Shown here: piece after piece, positions 22,046 to 33,249 of the stretch
How positions within the stretch are numbered: the first letter of the stretch is position 1
Layout of the letters: each line of letters begins with the position of its first letter
DNA from: Chara braunii
Taxonomy: Eukaryota; Plantae; Charophyceae
NCBI GenBank assembly: GCA_003427395.1
Contig: BFEA01000036.1
Location: 4,123,214 to 4,187,213, forward strand
DNA length: 64,000 nt
Reading direction: 5' to 3'
The notes under the pieces: generated by a model
The model's input: only the letters and a program-made list of their open reading frames with translations
Database searches by the model: none
What the model was told of the DNA's origin: nothing
Program-made: the position numbers and the translations under genes

Positions 22046-23347
22046 TAAAGAACCCAATAAAAGAAACAGCTTGAACTCATTCAGAAGAGAAGGTAGAACT
22101 CCTAGCCGGAGCGGCAATTCATTTGGACTGGATAGCAGTCAAAACATTAAAAAAAAAAAAAGATTAGAGAGATCTGATCCAGCCACACAGTCTGAACTGA
22201 CTACGTATGGGGTCCTCCCAAGCCTAGCCAAACTCAGCTCCGTGAAGACACAGCAAATCAGATTCAAAGTGTACAGCGAAATGCAAGAGAGAATTGAGTG
22301 GTGTATAAGGTGCGAGTCAGGCGGCGGATTGTGCGGTAAAGTCTGATAAAACGTTCCAGCGGAGATCCCCTCCGCAGCGAGTGTCCTGGTCCGAAAGCAT
22401 AAAGTCTGTATCCCAATCAGATAGCGCAAGGTAACTGACGTCAACAAATTTGGCCTTAGGGGCCCTTCTCGTTTGGGCCCAGTCCCACTGAGTCCCAAAT
22501 GGTCCCAGTGGAGTCAAAACCGGGTCCCAACCAACAAGAGTTTCACGGAGACCTACTTTGTCCCTACTTGAATTGAAAAACAAAATTTTGCCCCAAAAAG
22601 AACCTGTAGACTACTGACGTTCAGAATGAAACAAACAAAGCACTGCAGAGAGATATCACATGACAAACGAGATACTTCATTCATTCACTCATCAGGTGAG
22701 TAGGCAGTTCACACACCTCACACACAATCAAGACTATGGAGGATGGAAAAAGAACCCAGAGAACCCCAACAGGCAGTCAATTCCATGCACGCACACATGG
22801 GCACCCCGGTGGCACGGCACTTACCTGAGTGGCCGGACTCTTGAGATGAAAGAACTCACCCCCCTCTCACATAGTCCTCCTGACCCAATTAGCATCCTCT
22901 ACACTAGTGTCCTATCATCTAGGAGGGTCAACATCTACCCCAAAGTACACAGTCGGATCCCCCGTCAATGTTGAAGATCAAAGCAGCAACTTGCAATCCG
23001 TAGGTGCAGATATGGCTGCCACCCTCAAGCTCGCCTAACTTGAGGGGAGCCCTAAAGTCACTCCTCGTCTTCCCTAAAGTCCAGATTCAAGTTGTAGGTG
23101 CCCTTCACTGTCGCCTCTCTCAAATTGCATCACGAAGTCCTACCTTCTGTCTCGCCACCATAAACATGCACTCAAACAACCTGGTCGGGTCTAGTGTCGA
23201 CCCTACACTGCCCTGCCAGGTGGGAGCAGCTTCCCTTTACCACGCTGCCCCACTTAACCCTAACTTCCAGCCCTAACCCTAAGTGGTAGCCCTTACCACT
23301 AGGGTTAGGGTTATGGCAGCCAAGTCAACTCTCGCCAACAAGTAGAA

Positions 23348-23362
23348 TCCGCTCCAATACCA
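23348..23362 (-). promoter_or_regulatory. Primer-binding site (mutated tRNA-iMet type)
   Basis: TGGTATTGGAGCGGA versus TGGTATCAGAGCGGA at 1766-1780. Confidence 0.85.
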
Positions 23363-23363
23363 A

Positions 23364-24777
23364 TGTTACGATCCTGGCCACTTTTGAAGTCCACAATCAT
23401 CAAAAAGTACAATGTTGTCCAATTGCGAAAATAAATGAATGAATTGGAGCCTAATGTCGTCCAATTGCAAGAAAAATGAAAGAACTTGAGAGGAGGGAGA
23501 GGGAAAGAAGAAGAAGAAAAATTAGGAAAAAGAAGAAAGAGATGATGTACTCCATCATAGACCAAAGACAAAGCTCTTCTTCTTCGCTCAACAACCTCCT
23601 CCTCTTTATCTCCTCCTCTCTTATTCAAACAATAAATAAACAATAATAATTATGAACAGCTGAACCAGAATCAATGTACGAATCCCACTTCTACTGCAGG
23701 CACAATATGAGGTCCACCATAGCCATGGCAGCCCTTCTTCTTCCTCCACGTACAGGCCGAGGCTATGGCAGACTAATGAGGCTTCAGCCTCCGATACCAA
23801 AGACAACCCCAAGCAGCTACCCCGCTGCCCTTCTTCCAGGTCATCACCCAACAGCTATGCCGCTGCTCACTCAACCGCCATGCTTGACTCTGTCCGAGCT
23901 TCCTTGATGCGACACTACCCCAACCGGGGCCTTCCTGATGCAGCGCCTAGCAAGGAGATGAAGATGGTGTCTACCATAGCCAGGTGAGTCCCCTACCACT
24001 CTCCTCCTTGGTCCCATTCTCCCTCCTCCTCCCGGCTGAGCTCCACCATAGCCAAGGTGGAAGCTCCCGGCTTCTTCCTCCCAGCAGCGCTGTAGAGCCC
24101 AGCGCTCCTCCACCTAGCGCTCCTGCAGCGTGATGCCCAACTGGCACACTGAAGAATGAGGCCGGGCTCTTTGCCCTGCCTCTTGATATAGCGGCCTACT
24201 TGCCTCCTGGGCGGTGACTTCCAGGCCGCTCAGCCTCTCCAAGCAACCGGTACCTCCTCCGTTTCGGAGGGAAACATCATTGCAGACCCTGATATTACCC
24301 GTACGGGCTCTAGACTCTGACTGGTTGGATTGGTACCGGCCCAGACCTACCCTACCGCTACTGGACTCTAAAAATGCCAACTTTGTCTTTTTCTGCTCGG
24401 CCTCCAGTACCCCCTCACGCCAACTGCAGTGGGGTGTAGTATCGGCCTACCGGCCTACTTGAGTGTTTTTCCGCTACCCCAAGGGCCTCAGGGCCGCTAG
24501 CTTCGCCACTTGAGTGTTTTCCTTGCTACAACCCTCAATGCCACGGCCACAGGTAAGTACTGGCCCTACGGGCCTACCAAACAAGCAAATACCCTTGCGG
24601 GTCCCACACACACTCGTACCAACAAGCACTCAGACAGGCATGCAGGTCACTAGCACGCACACACAGACAGACTTAGAAAACACAGCAGAATGCGGGAATC
24701 TCATCAAGGCATCCATTCCATCGGCAGAACTTTAGAAATCAGCAGTGTTCTCAGTCTGTGTTTGACAGGTCATTACA
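23364..24777 (-). repeat. 5' LTR
   Basis: TGTTACGATCC...GGTCATTACA, adjacent to the PBS. Confidence 0.95.
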
Positions 24778-25879
24778 CTATCATGTTGATGATCGTAAAT
24801 CAGAGTTTTGCCTCTGATCTTGAATAATGTTTTCGAATTTTTTTTACTCTCAATGAACTCATGAAGAATAATCTACAAACCTGATTCAAGACACTGTCAG
24901 TGGGATCATGAATGATATTCAAAATTTCTGGATAACTCTCGATTTGTTGCTTTCATATTGACGATCGTAAATAAGAGCCTCGTCTTTGTCTTGAATAGTG
25001 ATCTCTAAGTTTTTAGAATTTCAATGGTCTCGTGATTATGTTGAATCTTGTTGTTCCTGATGTTTTGACTAGCCTTAGAACGGTATTCTAGTGTTTTATT
25101 CTTGCACTGGTCGTTGTGATACACTCCTGTTTGAGAGGGGTTCGTAGTGGGAGGGAGGTGACCTTCCTGCTGGTGAGGGGGTCAGTCTGTAGGACTGAAT
25201 TAGGGCATAGCAACAACGGAGATGGTAGCTCCGCTGTGATAAGTATTGCCGGAGCGGGGTTAGGGGGAGTGTTCAGGTGGTTTGGGGGTGCTGAGCACGA
25301 TCAGTGCGTGAAGGAAGTTGGGCATGTCGAAGCCTTAGTTGTCGCGGATTGTTCAACAGATTATCAAACGGTGGGTTATCGTCATCATGTCCATAATGTT
25401 AGGGTTGGTTGATATCAGAACGACGCTGGTCGGAGGTGGGGTTTGGTTGCGCTGCCCTGTAACCTGAGTATGCGGGGGTTAGCGGCCTGGTAGAGAGATC
25501 TGGGGAACTCCCAAGGGTGGAAGGTAGTCCAGTGGCTACCTGCGAGCGGGTATTAGGACGACGCGGGTCGGAGATGGGGTGGGTCGCGTCGCCCTGTAAC
25601 CCAGCAGTTGGGGTTGTGAGGCCTGGAAGAGCCTGGTATTTTGGATATGTGGGTCGAGGCTGTTGTATGATAGTCGATTGATAGCATTGGGGCAGCAGGT
25701 TTTTGTTTAGACCAGCTTCCAGATAATCCCAATGAGTTCTCATTTTTCTTGAGTAAGTTTGATTTTTTTTCTGATGGTCGTGAGATCGCTTCAGGATTCT
25801 GGGGGCTTCTTGCCACTCACTGTTTTAAATTTGTAGTTACATTTATAGATCTATGGTGGTTCGATTACAGAACGTCTCG

Positions 25880-26720
25880 GTTGGCTGGTGTTGGAAGTAG
25901 AGGGTGGGATATCAAGTGTCCTACTAGTGAGGCGGCTAGCTGATAGGATGCAAATAAGGTGTAGCAGCAGCGGAGATGGTGACTCTGCTGCGGTAAGTCT
26001 TGTCAGAGTGAGGTAAGAGGATGGATGGGGGTTTCCAGGACGTTCTCTGGACTTTTGTTTATGTGAGTGGCAGAAGTAGATGGTGGGATAACAAGCGTCC
26101 TACTAGTGAGGGGGTTTGCTGGTAGGATGAAAATAGGGTACAGCAGCGACGGAGATGGTGACCCTGTTGTAGTAAGTCTTGTCGGAGTGAGGTAAACAGG
26201 ATGGATGGAGTTTTCTGAGGCATTTCCTGAAGTCTTACCTATTTTATGAATTTTGTCATAGTAATTCTTAATCTGACTCTAATTTTTCTTCGCCAAAGCC
26301 GGGTAATGGCCCCGGTAACCCAAACCTTCAAAATTGTCTTTCAGTTGTTTCTGGTGGTCTCGAGATGTTGTTATACTCATAAATCTGCGGTCAGAACGAC
26401 GCTGGTTGGTGTTGGAAGTAGATGACGGGATATCAAGCGTCCTACCGGTGAAGGGGCTAGCTGGTAGGATGAAAATAGGGTATGCTGAGTAAGTTTGCTG
26501 CAGTGAGATAAGAGGATGGATGGCGGTCTTCGAGACGTTTCTTGAAACTTTGCCAAGGTGAGTGGGAGAAGAAGGGTGGATATCAAGAGTCCTACTAGCG
26601 AGGGGGTTAGCTGGTAGGATGGTAATAGGGTACAGCAGCAACAGAGATGGTGGCTCTGCTGCAATAAGACTTGTCGGAGTGAGGTAATGAGGATGGAGGG
26701 GGGTCTGAGTCTGTTCCTGA
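25880..26720. repeat. Four diverged ~160-180-bp modules of an unclassified repeat
   Basis: gatatcaag.gtcctact..gctggtaggatg..ataggg..gtgaggtaa.aggatgga recurs near 25890, 26070, 26410 and 26570. Confidence 0.8.
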
Positions 26721-26978
26721 ATTTTTGCCTATTTTCGGTAGCTTGTTTGTATCTCTTAATCTAGCTCTTAGCTAAAGTCGGTTAGTGGCCCTGGTACTGC
26801 AAATTCTCAATTTTTTTTCAAAATCCTATGTAATTTTCTATATGGGAGTCATAATGGGACGATGAGCTCAGTTCCCAGCACGTGTTGCTCCCCACGAATA
26901 GATTGGAGCTTTGCTCCCCCCCCCCNNNNNNNNNNNNNNNNNNNNNNNNNNNNNNNNNNNNNNNNNNNNNNNNNNNNN

Positions 26979-28701
26979 AACAGGGGACCAGTTGCGCGAT
27001 ATCCTAAAATATTGCCACCACGCGGAAGAATCATTGGGAAAAATTATAGAAAGGATACCGCTGGATTGGTACGGGATCCTCAAACGAGGTCCTATCCTGA
27101 AAGAAGGAGACTGGGTGGTAAGAACGGGGGCCCCACTGAGCATTGGCCTGATCCACATGGTGTCGTCGCAGACAGCCTTGGTTGAAGACTATGCTATAGC
27201 TAAAACGGCGGTTCTCCAAAGAAGTAGGGCACCCTTCGTATGGAGAGACAAAACGACCCTACAAAGGGTAAGGGTCCTAGAAGTGAAGGTCCAAAGGGTT
27301 GTCTTCCAGATAGAAAGACCAATTCGTGATTTGCCCTTCGACCCAGTAGAATGGATTTGGCAACATCCTCAAAGGAGAGGAGCAACAAGAATAGGTCACA
27401 ATAGTCTGTGGCAGATGTTGGTTAAATCTGCCTACAAGATGCTCAGACCCAAAAGACACTTGAAAGATATGATTAATGATAGATGGGCTATGCATTTAAA
27501 CGTGGACTGCTCCCTCCTTTCCCCAATTAAATGGTTTAAGGAACAAAAATCTAAGCAAATGAAAATCACCTCTCTATAGTGGCAGATAGCACACCGCTGC
27601 CTCCCAACCAACGATGGGCTGACAGACCGCACAAATCTCGAACAAAAGGGGCTACTGCTCCCTTGGTGCCAGCGATGTCAGAGCCTTTTTCCCTTCTACA
27701 AGAAGGCGGAGACAATTGAGCATATTTGTATGCAATGTCCGATAGCGCAGTTCACATGGAGAAGGTGGGACCGCATCTGGCGAAAAATGGTACCAGACAT
27801 CCCCTGGCCCTGGACATGGCAGGCTATACTGGCAGGCCATTGGCCGCCAGCATCAACAGCCACGACATTTGTAAAAAATATGTATAGACTGGGAAGGAGG
27901 GTTGTGATTTGGGCACTCTGGTGGCAAAGGTGCATTCTGGCCATGGAAAAAGTACGGGTGGAGGAGCCGGAGATTGAGGAACAGATTCGACAACAGATCC
28001 AGTTGGAACTTACACAGAGATGGTCGAACACAAAGTCACAGCTAGACCTTCTTAAACAAACAGGAGACATCAGGGGACGGATCACAAGCTTCTGCACAGA
28101 TTGGATAGGAGGGGAAAGAGAGGGCTGGATAGCAAAAGTAGAGTGGAGCGGGGACAAAAGAGAAGAGACACGGGAATTAGACGAAATGAGAGATTATCGT
28201 TTGGTTTTTAAGGACTGGACTAATATAGAACCTTCATTCCCGCTACGCCCTACCTCAGACTTCCAGGACCCTTTTCCACCACATGCCCTGTCACTGGTTG
28301 AGATCCTGTCTTGAACTCTTTTTGAACTGGTGCCCCCTGGGGAGGGATCCTGCTAACCTTGACAATAAGAACAGCCGGAGAGAGTTCTCCTCAAAGTGGT
28401 ATCAGTGGGTCATCTGGTGCCCCCCTCTGGGGGGTGAAGAGATACGGAGGACAAAGGCTTTATTACTATCCAACTAGTCACTTGGGATACACACACCTGC
28501 TCAGTCAATCCCCTGGGAGACAGGGCAATCAATGCTGGCAGGCCTCATAACCATACTTCTCAAATGACTCTGTATATGGTCTGTATATTGGACACTGGAC
28601 CCGCTTTCCAGCAGGTGATGCTCCCCACCAATAGATGGAACCTCCCCCTGGGTGCTAGTGGTGACTGCTCGTATCAGCAGCACTAGCACTGGCAGGGGTT
28701 G

Positions 28702-28740
<39 letters not shown>
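26979..28740 (+). mobile_element. LINE family A 3' part: ORF2 C-terminus, 3' UTR and poly(A)
   Basis: LPFDPVEWIW, WQIAHRCLPT, C..C...ETIEHICMQCP zinc finger, DFQDPFPPH end at 28314, tail stem-loop, poly(A) then (GAA)n. Confidence 0.9.
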
Positions 28741-28743
<3 letters not shown>

Positions 28744-28876
28744 AGAAGAAGAAGAAGAAGAAGAAAGCAAACGAACACAGAAATGATTAGGGACCCAACT
28801 TCAAGGGTCAGGGGGACTCAGGGCCGCTTTGGAGGCCAATGGCAGAATTTACGAATTTAGTATCAGATTCTATTAA

Positions 28877-29192
28877 ACCACCAGTACGGTTCCGTGGGAA
28901 ATTGTTCCAACGCCACCACAAACTTGCCGGGCGCATTGCAGGCCATTGACAAAATGTATCTATGGCCTGCATAAGGGCCCCCCATCCCCAACGCTAATCA
29001 TGGTGCATTCACGGCCCAGCTCAAACACAAATAGCTGGGAAAGGTACTACAACTTGCGAAGGCCTCCTGTTTGGCCAAGTAGGGACGGCAATAGGCCTGC
29101 AGTTTTACGCACAGAACTGCCAGAAACCAGTACTTTCCGGGGCCTTGTTTGGCCTGACAGGTTAGGTGAGGCCTAGAGGTAATTATGGTGGT
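28877..29192. mobile_element. Longer member of the TTAA/ACCACCAGTAC MITE group
   Basis: TTAA-ACCACCAGTAC left end; degenerate right end atggtggt-tcaa. Confidence 0.45.
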
Positions 29193-29940
29193 TCAAGCAA
29201 GAGAAGCGCATTCTGAATTTAATTTGGGTTTTGCTGCTCGGCAAATGGGGCAGTCTGAGCTTGCCTTCCAAACCTGATGGGCCCAAGACTCAATCTTTTG
29301 GCCCCCTTCATGACAGAGCCCCATTTCGTGACAGCAGCTGCAGCGCTCTGGAGTCTGGCCTCTGCGAGGCAGCCATTCGACCAACCCTCTTAAAGTGTCA
29401 CAGTGGCCCTTCGCATCTCGTTGTGCCAGACTGAGTTCATTCTGGGCTCTGCAAGGCCTCTTTTAGTCAATCCCGCTGCAAAGTGACATCGCGATGCGGA
29501 ATCTGCATTCCCGAGATCCCAACTGACCCAGTCTCTAAATTTGAGGATCTGCATCTGCATGGTAGTACCATCGGCATCTTCTCGGTACCAACACTGTGCG
29601 GCCGGGAACGAATCGACTGAGAAGTGTCCCCAAATTGCTGCAATTGCCCATCAATGGCAAGCAAACACATGATACACCGAGCACATCAAGCTGTAGCTTG
29701 TTCTAATCACCTCAACTTCTCAAGATAGGCGTCATCTTTTTTCTTGCCCCCCCCCCACGCCCCGCCGCCCCCCCTTCCCCCCCCAAAAACACCATATGGA
29801 AAATCCCCAAAATGAAGGCCTTGCCATGTGGAGGAATCCATTCTACTTGTGGGGAGCAGCACATCCTAGAAACGGTGTCCAGGGTTGCAATCGGTTCCAG
29901 AGTCCCATTTTGTGGCTGAGCACATCAGGTCACCCTTTAA

Positions 29941-30089
29941 ATCACCAGTACTTGGCCCAACTATCCGCTGCCGAAAAAAAAAGAGCAGAATGTTTCTAGT
30001 CGGATGAATTCGGGCACTCCTGTAGTGGCCTGTACGTTTCCTAAAATAGTGGCTTGTTAACGGGCAGGACTTTAGGATGTACTGGTGGT
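29941..30089. mobile_element. MITE (inverted homologue of 9285-9419)
   Basis: TTAA-atcaccagtactt...gtactggtggt; internal similarity. Confidence 0.8.
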
Positions 30090-30107
30090 TCCAAAAAAAA
30101 AAAAAAA

Positions 30108-30265
30108 GTGTGACGGCCTTGAGATATCATCATTGAGCTGACCGGCCCCAGGCAATTCAGAAATATTTTGTTTTACTCATCAATCAAGTTCCATCATCTG
30201 GATTCGAACACAGGTCCATATTTTCAATAGTTCATGGGTGTACCCACTGAGCTAGGCCCTTGGGT
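30108..30265 (-). mobile_element. tRNA-derived SINE
   Basis: Reverse-complement homologue of 10871-11051 with A and B boxes. Confidence 0.9.
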
Positions 30266-30273
30266 AAGGTTGG

Positions 30274-30990
30274 TTTTTTTTTTTTTTTTTTTTNGACACC
30301 CCCACCAGTGATAGTGGCGCTGGTAAGAGCAGGCACCACTACCACCCGGGGAGAGGCTCCATCTATTGGTGGGGAGCATCACCTGCTGGAAAACGGGTCC
30401 AGCGTCCCATATACAGAATGGACACCCTCAGAGAAAACCTGCTGGAAACCGGGTCCAGCGTCCCCTCACTAGCTATCCTGTACTGTCCTACTCAAAACCC
30501 AGGGCATGGGCCCAACAGGGTTACTGGGGGGCACCAGTAGTCCCTGTTTGGTCCCCTGCCCACCCTCCTGGTCACTTCCTGGTCACTCTACCGCGCTTCC
30601 TTCTGAGAATGTCTGAGAATGTCTTAGAAATGTCAGAACTGTCAGAAAAACACAGAAAAAGACACAGGGAAAGCCTACCATAAACATAGAAAACACAAGG
30701 AAAGCCTCCCACTAGTCCCCCACTAGCCTCCCCCATATACCTCCAGGGCCAACGGGTGAGGGGGAAAGGGATCAGGGAAGTCCTGGGCGGGTTTCATCTG
30801 TTCCCTGGCATCCACTTGTATCCAGTCCTTGAAGTGAAGCTGGTAGTCTCTATCCCTTCCCCTTTCTCGTTCCTCTCCGTGTCCGTCATTCTGCGGCTGG
30901 TCCAGTCTCTCTCCTGTCCAGCTTACCTTCGCGACCCAGCCCTCCCTCCTCCCCCCCAGCCAGTCCACACAAAACCGGGAGATAATTTTA
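30274..30990 (-). mobile_element. LINE family A 3' end
   Basis: Poly(T), tail motif, and ORF2 end FCVDWLGGRREGWVAKV...DFPDPFPPHPLALE. Confidence 0.9.
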
Positions 30991-31401
30991 TCGATGTCCG
31001 TCTTGTGAATTGTTAACAATAAGTTATTTATGGAGAAAACAAAAGAATGTGATAAGTTGATAACCATGGCCAATTTTTTTTATTTTTTTTCAAGAAACCA
31101 TGGCCATTATACCTATCAGATAAGAAATAGAAAACAAAATGAATAAAATAAAATAAAATAAAATCAAAACAAATGTTTACGTCCTGCTGACCTTCTCATC
31201 TCCCCCTGTCAAACCTAATCCGTGGTGGTCTGAAAATCTCCCTTCCCCAAAATTGATTTATATATTATAATTATATTATGTGCATTCTCATAATCCCACA
31301 GCCTCATCCAAAAAAAAAAAAAAAAAAAAAACCCGGCTAGTGACGGCCACGTATTAGCTCCTAGAATGACCTTGTCAATGAACGTTGACTATTGAATTAT
31401 A

Positions 31402-31666
31402 GAACAGGCATTTCGTTAAAAATTAAAACGGACATTTTATATTTTTGAAAGAAATTGAGACCTACTTATTTGGCCCAAAAAATGTCACATTTTAGCTCCT
31501 GAGGGTGATGTATCTGGACTTCGGGAGACATCAAAGGGGGTCAGGTGCGATCCGGACCTTCAGGAGCGAATAGTATGTGACATTTTTGGGGCCAAATAGG
31601 TCAGTTTCAATATCCTTCAACAAACATAAAAATGATAAAAGGTTCATTTTAACGAAATGGCTGTTC
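31402..31666. mobile_element. Foldback MITE
   Basis: TIR gaacaggcatttcgttaaaa / ttttaacgaaatggctgttc plus long internal inverted arms. Confidence 0.8.
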
Positions 31667-33040
31667 CTCTTCTTTCTATGGGCTATCATCAGACTCATGA
31701 TCAGAGTCTACACCCTGTCCAACGCACTCTCCTCTTTCCTTTTTTTCTTTTTTTTCTTCTTTTTTTAATGGAATAGTTGCACTGCCCTCTGGAGAGTTTG
31801 CCTATCTGGACTATTTCGGCAAACAAGGGCACAGCCCTGTCCTTCAGAATATCCGTCAAACCGCCCCTCCCCCCTACAGCAGAAAGTAGGCTTTCCAGTG
31901 TGTCCAGAGAGGTCCAGCGCCCCGTCGGCCTAAGGGTTGCGGATGTCGGCGGCACTTCAAAAAAAAGAAAAATGCGCCAACATCGGCAACTTTTCACACT
32001 CATAAAAGTTAACAAAAAAAGCTGAAAATTTTAGGTTCCATAGATTACGTCCTGATCTCTCCAGGAAAAGTATCAGAAAAACAACAAAAAACTTGAAAAA
32101 GAAACTCTTTTGGGCCTTTTGGACATGTGGAACTTCAGAAATGGCCCAGATTGTTCAGAAAGGGCACAGTCTGCCATGTTGATAATATGCATCTATTAGG
32201 GCTAAGGGCCTCGCCGCACCACTTTGGACATTTTAGCATCGCCACACAGGCTGTTGAAACGACACCTGTCAAGAAGTCTATTTTCGATGGTGGTGTGTTC
32301 ACATTCGAAAACGCCCGCCTGCGGCGGGCAAACACTCAACAGGTGGTCCGGTGGTCGTAAAAAACCCACCCGAATTCGACGGTGCTCAGTTTTGTTGTGG
32401 CTCGTTGCTCTGTGTGTTGTCTGCATGCGCTTCAACATTGGCCGTCGAAGCGCGCCCTCTCCACAAGGACATATTGGGCCCGCCAGGCACTCACTCGTCA
32501 GCGCCCGCCGTTGCCACACAGCACTGTCGAAGTGCACGCATCGCTACTCAAACTTCAACACCAGCACTGTTCGACGGTGCTGTGCGGCGAAAGCGGGTAA
32601 CACCGTAGAATCGGCGACTGTCGAAACGAGTCTGACGAATGTCAAAAAAAGCACTGATTTGACAGTGGTGCATGTCAAGTCAAAAACTTTAATCTCCAAT
32701 TTGTCCCCCCGGCCAGCGGCGGGTCGGCAACAAGAGTGCCCACTTAAAAAAAAAAGAGAAAACTACGGCGCAGTCAGGGTTACAGTTTGTAATTCCATTT
32801 GGAACTGCATTTTAGCAGTTTAGTCAGGGCCTGAGTTTCAATTGCATTTGAAACTGTGTTTTAGCAGTTTGAAACTCGGGCTGGCTTTTTCTAGCAGTTC
32901 AGTCAGGCACATGGCCGTTTCTTTCTTTCTTCGTTTNNNNNNNNNNNNNNNNNNNNNNNNNNNNNNNNNNNNNNNNNNNNNNNNNNNNNNNNNNNNNNNN
33001 NNNNNNNNNNNNNNNNNNNNNNNNNNNNNNNNNNNNNNNN

Positions 33041-33137
33041 CGAGATGTCTCGGCCACACCCCAGACTGGCCACGGCCGAGATGTCTCGGCCACACCCCAG
33101 ATTGGGCACGGCCGAGATGTCTCGGCCACAGCCGAGA
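33041..33137. repeat. 36-bp tandem repeat containing the palindrome ggccgaga-tg-tctcggcc (runs into a gap)
   Basis: About 2.7 visible copies. Confidence 0.85.
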
Positions 33138-33249
33138 TCCGCAGGTACTACCCTTCACAGGCAAACGCGAAGTCTCAAGAGTAGCCTACTCGAAGAAGTG
33201 GGGGGCTCGGGGCAGGGATGGAGGCCAAAAACAGAAAAAAGAAAAAGAA

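Larger units (their letters stand above)
15105..24777 (-). mobile_element. Full-length Ty3/Gypsy chromovirus-type LTR retrotransposon (decayed)
   Basis: Two TG...CA LTRs, PBS, PPT, gag-PR-RT-RH-INT-chromodomain order, and CTAT TSD (15101-15104 and 24778-24781). Confidence 0.97.

Noticed and set aside
29200-29720. Possible coding fragments at 29200-29720, 50400-51700 and 59280-59760
   Set aside because: Protein-like stretches with no motif I can identify; left uncalled.
31668-31700. Other CTGATGA...GAAA matches (31670-31690 minus, 54060-54100 minus, 61275-61295 minus, 70-81 plus)
   Set aside because: They lack compatible stems I-III, so they were not called as hammerheads.
33041-33137. Palindromic 36-bp repeats as a CRISPR array
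   Set aside because: The inter-palindrome segments are nearly identical, so this is a minisatellite.
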